64,000 nucleotides of DNA from an uncultured Micavibrio sp. (GCA_964350795.1 CAYGLI010000003.1:272-64271); one strand, 5' to 3'; shown: positions 18,837 to 27,210, counted from the first letter of the stretch. Notes: generated from the sequence alone by a model not told the origin. Made by a program: numbers and translations.

Positions 18837-19176
18837 AATTTTACTGGTTGATGATGACGATTCCCTGCGCGGTTTTGTCGCCGCCGCCCTTCGCAAAAAT
18901 GAATTCGACGTGATCGAGGCCAATGACGGTGACGCCGCATGGGATATGATGCAAACACAATCGTTCGATCTTTTGCTCACCGATATTGTCATGCCCAATA
19001 TGGATGGGGTTGAACTCTCCACCAAGGCCATATGCGCCGACCCCAATATCAAGGTGATGTTTATGACCGGATTTTCCGGAATGACGGGCGCGATTGAATC
19101 GAAAACAACCGTGATTTCAAAACCATTTCATTTGAATGACATCGTGGTTCAGGTGCAAAAAACTTTGGAAAAATAG
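18829..19176 (+). CDS. cpdR: single-domain response regulator CpdR-like
   Basis: 115 aa. ILLVDDDDSLRGFV...FDLLLTDIVMPNMDGVELS...KVMFMTGF closely follows the CpdR pattern. It overlaps the upstream gene by 8 nt. Confidence 0.7.
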   Translation: MHKILLVDDDDSLRGFVAAALRKNEFDVIEANDGDAAWDMMQTQSFDLLLTDIVMPNMDGVELSTKAICADPNIKVMFMTGFSGMTGAIESKTTVISKPFHLNDIVVQVQKTLEK

Positions 19177-19242
19177 CTTGCCAAGACAGCGCCAAGCGAT
19201 TAGAACTTCAAGAATTATTCTCAGTATTGTTTTTTCGAGAAT

Positions 19243-19317
19243 GGGTTGTTAGCTCAGGGGTAGAGCACTTGCTCGACACGCAAGGGGTCACTGGTTCAAT
19301 CCCAGTACAACCCACCA
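19243..19317 (+). tRNA. tRNA-Val (anticodon GAC) with encoded CCA
   Basis: Hand-folded cloverleaf. Acceptor GGGTTGT/ACAACCC, D stem GCTC/GAGC, anticodon stem CTTGC/GCAAG with loop TCGACAC, T arm ACTGG-TTCAATC-CCAGT, discriminator A plus CCA. Position 33 reads C, not U. Confidence 0.8.
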
Positions 19318-19320
19318 TTT
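19251..19320 (+). repeat. attL (within the intact tRNA-Val)
   Basis: Identical over 70 nt to 25470-25539. Confidence 0.85.
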
Positions 19321-19416
19321 AAAGCTAAGTTAAATCAACAACTTACCGCTTGTATCAGATTAAAACTCAAACCATCTAAATAGCCTATCCACAACCTGTC
19401 CACAGTGAGGTAACAG

Positions 19417-20412
19417 ATGGCGACAATACGTAAGATTAAGAGCGGTAAATTTGAAGTACAGATAAGACGCAAGGGCACTGTCCCAGTTAGCAAATCCTTT
19501 GTTAAGAAATCAGATGCCGAACAATGGGCTAGGCACATGGAAACCAAAGCAGATAGAGGCGATTTGCCGACTCCTGTTAAGGTTCTGGATAGTTATACTG
19601 TGAAAGATATAATCGAACGGTACAGGGACAACATAACCGTTAAAAAGCTAAGTGCAGACACAGAAACATACATTCTTGACGCCTTTCTCCGTCAGTCCAT
19701 ATCTAAGTTAAGTTTAGCACAAATAACAAGCTCCCACTTTATCAAGTACCGTGATAAGCGTTTAAAATCCGTCAAGGCAGGTACAATCAATAGAGAACTT
19801 GGAATTATTAAGCACGCTTTTGATATGGCAGATAGAGAATGGAATATTCCAATCCGTAACAATCCGCTATCTAAAATCTCAAAATTGAAAGTGAATAACG
19901 CCCGAAACAGACGATTAGTAACAGGTGAATATCAATTACTAATGGATGCGTTGGGACATACACGCAATGATTTGATAAAACCCATCATTAATTTTGCTAT
20001 CGAAACAGGAATGAGGCGAGGCGAGATACTGCGGTTAAAATGGAGTGATATTGATTATGATGCCAGAGTGTTATTTATACCGATTACCAAGAACGGACAT
20101 AGCCGTACAATTCCCTTAACTTCTAACGCAATAGGTATTTTACAGGGGCTAGAGGGGGAATATCACAACATTAATAACAAAGTATTTCCACTTAGTGGTA
20201 ATGCTGTAAAAATGGCTTGGCAACGGCTTGTAGAACGCTCAGGCATAAATGATTTGAATTTCCATGACTTACGACACGAGGCCATTAGCCGTTTTTTTGA
20301 ATCAGGTTTATCTGTTCCTGAGGTTGCTCTTATATCAGGTCATAGGGATTATAGAATGCTATTCAGATACACTCATTTAAAAGCTGAGGATGTTGCTGTA
20401 AAATTACAATGA
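19417..20412 (+). CDS. int: tyrosine-type site-specific integrase
   Basis: 331 aa. Catalytic pattern ETGMRRGEIL ... FHDLRHEAISR ... GHRDYRMLFRYTH (R, HxxR, H, Y). Adjacent to the tRNA. Confidence 0.9.
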   Translation: MATIRKIKSGKFEVQIRRKGTVPVSKSFVKKSDAEQWARHMETKADRGDLPTPVKVLDSYTVKDIIERYRDNITVKKLSADTETYILDAFLRQSISKLSLAQITSSHFIKYRDKRLKSVKAGTINRELGIIKHAFDMADREWNIPIRNNPLSKISKLKVNNARNRRLVTGEYQLLMDALGHTRNDLIKPIINFAIETGMRRGEILRLKWSDIDYDARVLFIPITKNGHSRTIPLTSNAIGILQGLEGEYHNINNKVFPLSGNAVKMAWQRLVERSGINDLNFHDLRHEAISRFFESGLSVPEVALISGHRDYRMLFRYTHLKAEDVAVKLQ

Positions 20413-20495
20413 GTTTTTTAGCCTGATTGTTTACAAAAACATTTTTTGTAGTAAAATCCTAAACATATATATAATATATATAGGGATAAACTATA

Positions 20496-21161
20496 ATGGC
20501 TAATAATAAACAACAAGATGATTACAAAAAGAAAAATGATGCCATGAAACTAGTGGCAGCAAGAATGAATCGAGCTGCGAAAGCAGAAGGGAAAAAAGCC
20601 GTTGAAGAGTTGAAAAAAATTAATCCAGATATGGCTGATTTAAAAATGTCATTAATTCCCAGTAATGTTTGCTTACCTTCTGCACAAATACCTTTTAAGG
20701 ACGTATATTTGAAAGTTGTTGATACGCTTGCAAGCAAGGAAGGGCTTACTAAAACACAAAAATTGATACTTGAGGAAATTCAAAATACTTATTTCTCAGG
20801 CATGGGAGTCATTAGCCCTAATGTGTGGACTAGAAAGCTAGTGCACTGGGCTGTAACTGAGGCACAAAAAAGATTGAATGCTAATATGGCTAAGCCAATC
20901 AATATTTTAGGATGCACGTCTCTTTCAGAAATCAGAATAAAAATGTTAGCCCATCAAAGCTATGGTCATGCCGTTATTCAGTACAGCGGTAAAATTGTAA
21001 TTAATAAACATCATGTAGTAGCAGGTAAAAAATCATTTAAAGTTATTGAGCGTGCCAATTCATATTATATACAAGTTCAAACGGGGGGAGGTAAATCTCA
21101 ATGGATACGTTTAGATTCTTTAATCTCATTATTAAGTAATCTAAAGCAAGAATATCTTTAG
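20496..21161 (+). CDS. hypothetical island protein (221 aa)
   Basis: Lys-rich N-terminus and no recognised motif. An inverted partial copy of the iteron core (TATATAGGGA, 20476-20485) lies just upstream of its start. Confidence 0.5.
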   Translation: MANNKQQDDYKKKNDAMKLVAARMNRAAKAEGKKAVEELKKINPDMADLKMSLIPSNVCLPSAQIPFKDVYLKVVDTLASKEGLTKTQKLILEEIQNTYFSGMGVISPNVWTRKLVHWAVTEAQKRLNANMAKPINILGCTSLSEIRIKMLAHQSYGHAVIQYSGKIVINKHHVVAGKKSFKVIERANSYYIQVQTGGGKSQWIRLDSLISLLSNLKQEYL

Positions 21162-21291
21162 TTTTTAACCATACCACTATCACGTAAATAATGGACTCTA
21201 TGAATCGATAGACTTCATTTTGGCACAATTATGCATGAGTTGCACTACACCGACTCACAGGACTCCTAATGGGCTTTAATCGCTATATATT

Positions 21292-21454
21292 ACAATACTC
21301 AGTTTAATTGGTTCCCTATATAGTAAAAATGGAATTAAAAATTTTTAAGTGTCTTCCTATATAGAGAAACTTACTAAGTAACAATTCCTACTAATCTGAG
21401 TGTTACCCTATATAGTATAAACAGAGCTAAAAAAGTAAGTGTTGTGCTATATAG
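21292..21454 (+). repeat. iteron-like array, core (C/G)CTATATAG, three copies preceded by AGTGT
   Basis: Cores at 21314-21323, 21356-21364, 21406-21415 and 21446-21454, plus a degenerate GCTATATAT at 21292. The extended form is rAGTGTnnn(n)CTATATAG. Spacing is 39-51 bp in a 380-bp ORF-free stretch. Confidence 0.6.
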
Positions 21455-21543
21455 TGAAAACTATACATTCCATTATTAATAATCAATCATGCTTAAGCTC
21501 TATCTATATTTATTGTCTCCACCAAAATAAAAATTGTCTCAAA

Positions 21544-22548
21544 TTAGGCTACTTTTTCATCATTTCTATTTTCATCTGTAATTCTTAAGGCAGACGAAAG
21601 TGATTTAGATATATGCCACATCATGACTGGTGGGACAGCATTTCCAAGAGCTTTATAATTTATTATTCTAGAGTTCGAAAGTTTAAATTTATCGGGGAAG
21701 GACTGTATTCTAGCAACTTCTCTTGGTGAAAACATACGGTAACGGTCTTTCTCCAATAAAACAGGGTCAGTGCTATTCAAGCTTACTTTCGCTAAATGTG
21801 AACTTACGGTATTGCATGGTTCGTTAATATCTTGGGCGCGCCCTTTATTCATAGTTTTGTAGTTTTTTGTTTTTAATAAGCCCTGAACTGCGCGATCACT
21901 AAAATAATACTCATCTTTAATATCTTTTTTATTTTCCAAAATATCCTTTATCGGGACAAATTTTTCTGTATGTGTTGCCTGAGGAAATGAAAAGTTAAAA
22001 GCATCTTCTGCATCACGAAACCCAACGATAAAAACTCTCTCTCTCTTTTGTGGAACTCCATATTCCTTAGAGTTTAGAAGTTGAAACCGAACGGTATAAC
22101 CACATTTTTCAAACTCTGATATTATCAACTTAAAGGCATCTCCTTTATTAGCAGACAGCAAACCCTTTACATTTTCAGCTATAAAACATCTTGGTTTTTT
22201 AACTTTTAAGATTCGGCACATTTCAAAAAATAATTTTCCACGGTCGTCTTTATAACCAAGTCTCTTAGGGTTTTGAGCAACAATAGAAAAGGATTGGCAT
22301 GGAAAACCTCCAATCATTATATCGTGCTCCATAACTTCATCATTAGTGATAGTCAGAACATCTCTAACTTCGCACTTATGCGAGAAATTTTGATTATATA
22401 TTGCGACCGCTTTTTCATCAAAATCAAATGCTTGTTTAATTTTAAATGGGTTTAGTGAATATTCTGTACCCAAAAAAGAAAAACCACCCTGTAGTCCTAA
22501 ATCCATTCCTCCACAGCCTGCAAATAAAGAAAACACGTTGTACGTCAT
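21544..22548 (-). CDS. DNA (cytosine-5)-methyltransferase (M subunit 1)
   Basis: Motif I FSLFAGCGGMDLG, motif IV GGFPCQSFS, ENV, QKRERVFIVG, RIQSFPDKF, GNAVPPVM. The ATG at 22548 overlaps the nuclease TGA (ATGA). Confidence 0.9.
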   Translation of the reverse strand: MTYNVFSLFAGCGGMDLGLQGGFSFLGTEYSLNPFKIKQAFDFDEKAVAIYNQNFSHKCEVRDVLTITNDEVMEHDIMIGGFPCQSFSIVAQNPKRLGYKDDRGKLFFEMCRILKVKKPRCFIAENVKGLLSANKGDAFKLIISEFEKCGYTVRFQLLNSKEYGVPQKRERVFIVGFRDAEDAFNFSFPQATHTEKFVPIKDILENKKDIKDEYYFSDRAVQGLLKTKNYKTMNKGRAQDINEPCNTVSSHLAKVSLNSTDPVLLEKDRYRMFSPREVARIQSFPDKFKLSNSRIINYKALGNAVPPVMMWHISKSLSSALRITDENRNDEKVA

Positions 22549-23987
22549 GATAAAACCTCTGCCCATTCACCTGATTGCTCCGTATACTTAATACTAACTC
22601 CATCTCTTGGCGTCATCTTAATTAAATCATTTTTGTATGCCGATACAGGATTTCGTATTATGAACAATTTTACACTTCCGTATGAAATCATAAGACGATA
22701 CACAAAATACAAATCTTGATAGGAATCTGCAGCCTGCCATTCATTCGGCGTCATGTGGAATGAGTAACTACTTAAATTTCCTTTGCTTACAGTAGTCTTA
22801 ACCTCAACATGAATATTTCGAAAATCGTCTTCTTCTCCTAAGAATGACTTAATATCAAATCCAACGCCAAATTGCTCAGGTATTTTTTGTATCAAATGAA
22901 TCAAATCCTCTCTACCTAACCCTGAAACTCTTATTTTTTCATGATTCAATATTATGGCTTCGCCAATATCCCCAATTTCTTTTGTTTTTAAGACACCATT
23001 TTTTTCTTTTTTGTCAGACAGAGTTTTCAGCGATCTTTTTATAATTGAGTTATCATCAGGCTCTTCAATTTCATCTGAAAGTATTAATGAAGATATATCG
23101 CTTTTAAATAGAGCTTCGTTAAGGTTCGTATTGATAAAATCAAACCATTGTGGTTGAAGCGTTTTAATATCTTCAATACTTAAATCTGCTTTAGTATACA
23201 AGACCTCATACTCTGGGAAAAATGTTGGTGTTTCTATATATGCATTAAAAGTTTCAAGATATTGCATTCTTGGATAATATTGATAATTGGGTTTCAGTTC
23301 CACTAAATCGGCTAACCCCATATAATCGAGTATATCACCTGCATAGCGAACAATATCTCCGCTAGTATCATAATCCACTGCTTCACTTCTATTTCTAATT
23401 AGTAGCTCAACCGTGTCTTTAGGACTCTGTTTTCCAGTTGTAACATCAAGATTATTAAAAATTAAATGAGTTGCCTCTGCTTTAGTTATCCCAAAATTCT
23501 TTTTTGTTTTTTGCCTTCCTAAAAGTAAAACTTGTAAAAGATAGCTCGTAGGATGAAATTTTATACCCTGTCGTATCATGTTAAGTGTTTCCTGTGGCTT
23601 AAGATGACCAGCTGGATATTGAAAATAATATAAAAAATATCTAAAGAACTCTATAAGGTCTTGATTTTCAGATAGCATTTCACAGAGCTTACTAGGCATT
23701 TTATCTGCTCCATCATATTGAAACAAACCAAACAATGCAGAAATCTCTGTCCTCCAATTCGCTATTGTTTTGTCCACTTTATTATAATTAGGAGGATACA
23801 TTTTGATAGCCTCATCTAACTTTAAATCGAATTCTTTTATATCAGTTCGGCCTATATTACAAACTTCATTAGCTATAAATAATAATACGCCCTCCACGTC
23901 ATTTTTAAAACGAGGCCTTATATGATGAATACGATAAGTGTTTTCGACATTATAGGTCATCAGCTTGTTCCAGTATTTGTTTTGCAA
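22545..23987 (-). CDS. putative restriction endonuclease with DUF3883-like PD-(D/E)xK C-terminal domain
   Basis: 480 aa. The C-terminus (GDIGEAIILNHEK...GFDIKSF...IHVEVKTT...FHMTPNEWQAA...YFVYRL) fits the DUF3883/NO VEIN-C nuclease-like pattern (D...EVK). It is sandwiched between two MTase genes and overlaps both. Confidence 0.6.
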   Translation of the reverse strand: MQNKYWNKLMTYNVENTYRIHHIRPRFKNDVEGVLLFIANEVCNIGRTDIKEFDLKLDEAIKMYPPNYNKVDKTIANWRTEISALFGLFQYDGADKMPSKLCEMLSENQDLIEFFRYFLYYFQYPAGHLKPQETLNMIRQGIKFHPTSYLLQVLLLGRQKTKKNFGITKAEATHLIFNNLDVTTGKQSPKDTVELLIRNRSEAVDYDTSGDIVRYAGDILDYMGLADLVELKPNYQYYPRMQYLETFNAYIETPTFFPEYEVLYTKADLSIEDIKTLQPQWFDFINTNLNEALFKSDISSLILSDEIEEPDDNSIIKRSLKTLSDKKEKNGVLKTKEIGDIGEAIILNHEKIRVSGLGREDLIHLIQKIPEQFGVGFDIKSFLGEEDDFRNIHVEVKTTVSKGNLSSYSFHMTPNEWQAADSYQDLYFVYRLMISYGSVKLFIIRNPVSAYKNDLIKMTPRDGVSIKYTEQSGEWAEVLS

Positions 23988-24981
23988 TAATTTCAGCCAT
24001 TAGAGGAGGGACAGCATTTCCAACTTGTCTATATTGACTCGTTTTAGAACCATAAAAAATAAAATTATCTGGAAATGATTGTAATCGGGCAGACTCTCGC
24101 ACTGTGGGAACCCTATTCCATTTATAATGAAAATGATGTCTATGCCCTGTGTCTATAGTATTGGACGGTTTTTCACTATTAAATCTTGTCCAAGCTATGT
24201 TTACTTTCCTCGTATCCTTCAGGTGGTCAGGCAAATTTTTATAATTCCCACCATCTGGAACTAACGCAATAATTGATTTAGTTTTGTCCGAGTGATTTGT
24301 TATTTCATGATTCCATATGCCTTTAGAGCCAATCCGCATCATCTTTTGATAGTCTGTATCTGGACTGGAATCATATAAATCACCATCATTTTTTGAGTTC
24401 TCTGGAAGGTCTGACAAAGCATCCTTAGAGGGCGTAAGAGGCTTTTCTATTGGGGCTATAATTATGCTTTTTCCATTTTTAGAACCAATAAAAAAAACAC
24501 GCCTTCTACTCTGTGGAACACCAAAATCTTTTGAATTAAGGATTTGATAACTAACCGTATAACCAAGATTCTGAATATCATGAATAATTTGATCTTTTAT
24601 TTTTCCTTTATCCATAGAAACTAAATTAGGAACATTTTCCATTAAAAAATATTTTGGTTTCAATGTCTCTAAAGTATGTAGATAGGCTTTATAAAGTGAA
24701 TTTCGGTCATCATTTGGATCTCTTTTTCCAGATATTGAAAAACCCTGACAAGGTGGGCCACCAATAACAATATCGACCCCTCTATATTTTTCTAAGTTTG
24801 GTATTGGCTTAGATAAGTCTGCAATGACACCCTCTGCATTATTGTGATTATTTACAAATGTAGTTATAGAATCTTTACAAGTATCAAAACCTGCCACGAC
24901 ATGAAAACCATTTCTTTCAAAGCCTTTTGATAAACCGCCTGCACCACAAAATAAATCTAATACCTTTTTAACCATGACCAT
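23950..24981 (-). CDS. DNA (cytosine-5)-methyltransferase (M subunit 2)
   Basis: Motifs LDLFCGAGGLSKGF, GGPPCQGFS, ENV, QSRRRVFFIG, TVRESARLQSFPDNF, GNAVPPLM. The variable (TRD) region is unrelated to that of M1. Confidence 0.9.
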   Translation of the reverse strand: MVMVKKVLDLFCGAGGLSKGFERNGFHVVAGFDTCKDSITTFVNNHNNAEGVIADLSKPIPNLEKYRGVDIVIGGPPCQGFSISGKRDPNDDRNSLYKAYLHTLETLKPKYFLMENVPNLVSMDKGKIKDQIIHDIQNLGYTVSYQILNSKDFGVPQSRRRVFFIGSKNGKSIIIAPIEKPLTPSKDALSDLPENSKNDGDLYDSSPDTDYQKMMRIGSKGIWNHEITNHSDKTKSIIALVPDGGNYKNLPDHLKDTRKVNIAWTRFNSEKPSNTIDTGHRHHFHYKWNRVPTVRESARLQSFPDNFIFYGSKTSQYRQVGNAVPPLMAEIIAKQILEQADDL

Positions 24982-25469
24982 ATTAGAAACAATTCATTGC
25001 TCCTTTGCAATATTATTGCATAAACTTACTTACTTTATACAAATAGTAAAAAATGTGATTGAGTTGATTTTTTAACGCAAATATAACTATCTCCATATAC
25101 ATAGAAATAATAAAATTAAGTGTATCTATTCCGCATATTTAAAAAGCGCCTAATGTATTCATAATCAAAAATTACAAATAACAATCGTGGCCATATCAAA
25201 AATATGACTTAAATTTTCGAGGGGGCTTTTATATATATAGTTTATTATAATTTCCCCCTTCGCCTACATCACAATAATAATCTATTATTTCTGGTACTCA
25301 AAAACAAGTATAACCTCTTTATTGTTAAGTTTTGCATCATGTGTCTCATAACTTCATCCACACTCTATCCACACTAAAGCATATATTAAACCTTGAATAA
25401 ATTAAGATGAAATAATATACTGACCGCTTAAAGGGCTGTTTAGTTGGTTTCTATTTCAGTCTGATACAA

Positions 25470-25539
25470 AGCTCAGGGGTAGAGCACTTGCTCGACACGC
25501 AAGGGGTCACTGGTTCAATCCCAGTACAACCCACCATTT
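25470..25539 (+). repeat. attR (3' 70 nt of tRNA-Val, no 5' acceptor arm)
   Basis: Identical to 19251-19320. The preceding bases differ (A vs T), so it is not a second functional tRNA. Confidence 0.85.
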
Positions 25540-25786
25540 CACAAAAAATTATCATCCACCCACATCCAATATAAGCCATAAAATCATTGGTAGAAAAGGA
25601 TTTTATTAATTATCGTGTCCGATAACGTCTACTCAAGACTATTTACATCTTGAAAATATGGGGGTATGCACTATAAAAACGCTTTTTATTAATTACATAA
25701 AAACACTTGATTTTATCTATAATGCTGTGTTAAGTTGTTAACATCTTATTAAGAAAATAGTTAAGTTAAACAAAGGATATAAAAAA

Positions 25787-26419
25787 ATGACACAGGGAAA
25801 CACAACAACACGATCACTCCGTGGTGATTTTAAAGGGGTCAGCATTTCACGTACTGCTGATGGAACATTAACAGTTGACGTTTCTGATCTTGGCGATGTT
25901 GATGTGACTGTTGTGACATCGGGTCACGGTCAAATTACGAAGCACGCGCCTGTTGAAGAACAAGATAATGTCCATACGGTTACAAAAGAAGCCTATAATA
26001 TTGGTGATGTTCTTCCCGATGGTTGGGTTGTTATGGGGCTGTCTAAAGACACAGGCATGCCATTCTCATGCGAACCTGAAGAAGGCGTATTGGATGGCTA
26101 TCAAGCATGGCATACAGGTGAAGACCATGCTGTAAAATTACGTGACGCTGGCAACCAAAATGCCCGTCAGCCAACGGACAAAGAATTAAACACAATCTGG
26201 GAAGATGTTGTTAAAGCGGGGCGTAATGACAATGCCAAGCTTAATACAAACGGTTCCAGACCGTACGGTAAATACTGGTCATCTACGCCGGATCCGAACA
26301 ACTCGGACGATGCGCGGATACAGTACCTAGGCGACGGCAGCAGGCTTTGGGACTATAAGGACGGCCGTCATGCGCGCGTCCGAGTTGTCCGCGACGAACC
26401 AGGTCTGAAGCTTGCGTAA
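25787..26419 (+). CDS. DUF1566 (Lcl C-terminal-like) domain protein
   Basis: 210 aa. ARQPTDKELNTIW ... YWSSTPDPNNSDDA ... ARVRVVRD matches the DUF1566 pattern (RLPT..EL, YWSST, vRcVR). Confidence 0.6.
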   Translation: MTQGNTTTRSLRGDFKGVSISRTADGTLTVDVSDLGDVDVTVVTSGHGQITKHAPVEEQDNVHTVTKEAYNIGDVLPDGWVVMGLSKDTGMPFSCEPEEGVLDGYQAWHTGEDHAVKLRDAGNQNARQPTDKELNTIWEDVVKAGRNDNAKLNTNGSRPYGKYWSSTPDPNNSDDARIQYLGDGSRLWDYKDGRHARVRVVRDEPGLKLA

Positions 26420-26454
26420 GACCTGTTAGTTATTCAATCATTTAATCATTTAAA

Positions 26455-26473
26455 AGCCGCGCGCAGCGCGGCT
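26455..26473. terminator. GC-rich hairpin, bidirectional terminator between convergent genes
   Basis: AGCCGCGC-GCA-GCGCGGCT forms an 8-bp stem. T/A-rich tracts flank both sides. Confidence 0.6.
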
Positions 26474-26488
26474 TAAATTTTACAGCAG

Positions 26489-26740
26489 TTAATTTTTGAG
26501 GAATCGATGGCGCAAAATGACACCATTGGATTTTGTAGGCTTATACATTACGATTAATTGTCTTTTTGGTGTATGTGTTTCAAAAGATAAGCTATCCGTT
26601 GAGTTGGTCGCAATCGATATATTCTCAAACTCTTGTATGGTACAAACTAAGCTTTCATCAATATTTTTTGCAAAAACAAAATGAGGAAAAATAAAAAAGA
26701 CAAATAATAATATTTTTCCAAGTATAGAAATATTTTTCAT
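26489..26740 (-). CDS. hypothetical small secreted protein (83 aa)
   Basis: N-terminal signal peptide (MKNISILGKILLFVFFIFPHFVFA). Very AT-rich. Confidence 0.4.
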   Translation of the reverse strand: MKNISILGKILLFVFFIFPHFVFAKNIDESLVCTIQEFENISIATNSTDSLSFETHTPKRQLIVMYKPTKSNGVILRHRFLKN

Positions 26741-26977
26741 TCAAATAACCCTATCTTCTTGTTGCTGGAAATATTGAAACTGACTATTCAAAGCCGTTGG
26801 ATTGGCCTTCACAACATCACATTTCGCTAAACTTAGATTTAATGCCTCGCAATAATCTATCACCTTCAACATGACGCCTCGAACATCGGTGGCTTCACAT
26901 TCAACATACTTCTTCCTAAACGCACCATTCTTATATTTTGGCGTGTGTTTAATTTCAGCTATATATTTATAACGCAA
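26741..26977 (-). CDS. hypothetical protein (78 aa)
   Basis: Abuts the downstream 83-aa ORF with no gap. It needs a TTG start and has no recognised motif. Confidence 0.3.
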   Translation of the reverse strand: MRYKYIAEIKHTPKYKNGAFRKKYVECEATDVRGVMLKVIDYCEALNLSLAKCDVVKANPTALNSQFQYFQQQEDRVI

Positions 26978-27210
26978 TGGTTTTGGCCTCCCTATTATGG
27001 CTTATTCGCTTGTGACGGATAATCAAATATACCACGATTACAGCATAGTAATCAAACTAGTAGAATAGGTTTAAATCCTATAAACTGTGAGTTAAATATA
27101 TAGCAATTTTCTAATCTAAATTCTTTCTGGGGGTACAATTGGGGGTATGTATTTTTTACATCTCCAATAAATTTATTCAAAATCAATCGTTTAATTTAAT
27201 TATTCGGTAG

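Larger units (their letters stand above)
19251..25539. mobile_element. integrative genomic island in tRNA-Val (integrase, unknown gene, iterons, R-M module)
   Basis: A perfect 70-bp direct repeat (19251-19320 = 25470-25539) covers the D-arm to the 3' end of the tRNA. The integrase gene sits just inside the left end, and the content is AT-rich. Confidence 0.85.

Noticed and set aside
19177-19242. TTGCCA-17-TAGAAC as a tRNA-Val promoter.
   Set aside because: It is plausible, but the hexamers are weak matches and cannot be distinguished from background by eye, so it is not reported as a feature.
21292-21454. Possible CRISPR array, because of regularly spaced short repeats.
   Set aside because: The cores are only 9-18 nt, the spacing is irregular (39-51 bp), there are only 4-5 copies, there are no cas genes, and the repeats are imperfect. 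An iteron or operator array is the better description.
26280-26419. Cluster of 6-bp restriction sites (GGATCC, CCTAGG, AAGCTT) in the GC-rich end of the DUF1566-like gene, which might be a cloning scar or vector contamination.
   Set aside because: The sites lie inside a continuous ORF encoding conserved DUF1566 residues. No vector-like sequence flanks them, and three hexamers in 140 bp of GC-richer DNA is unremarkable.
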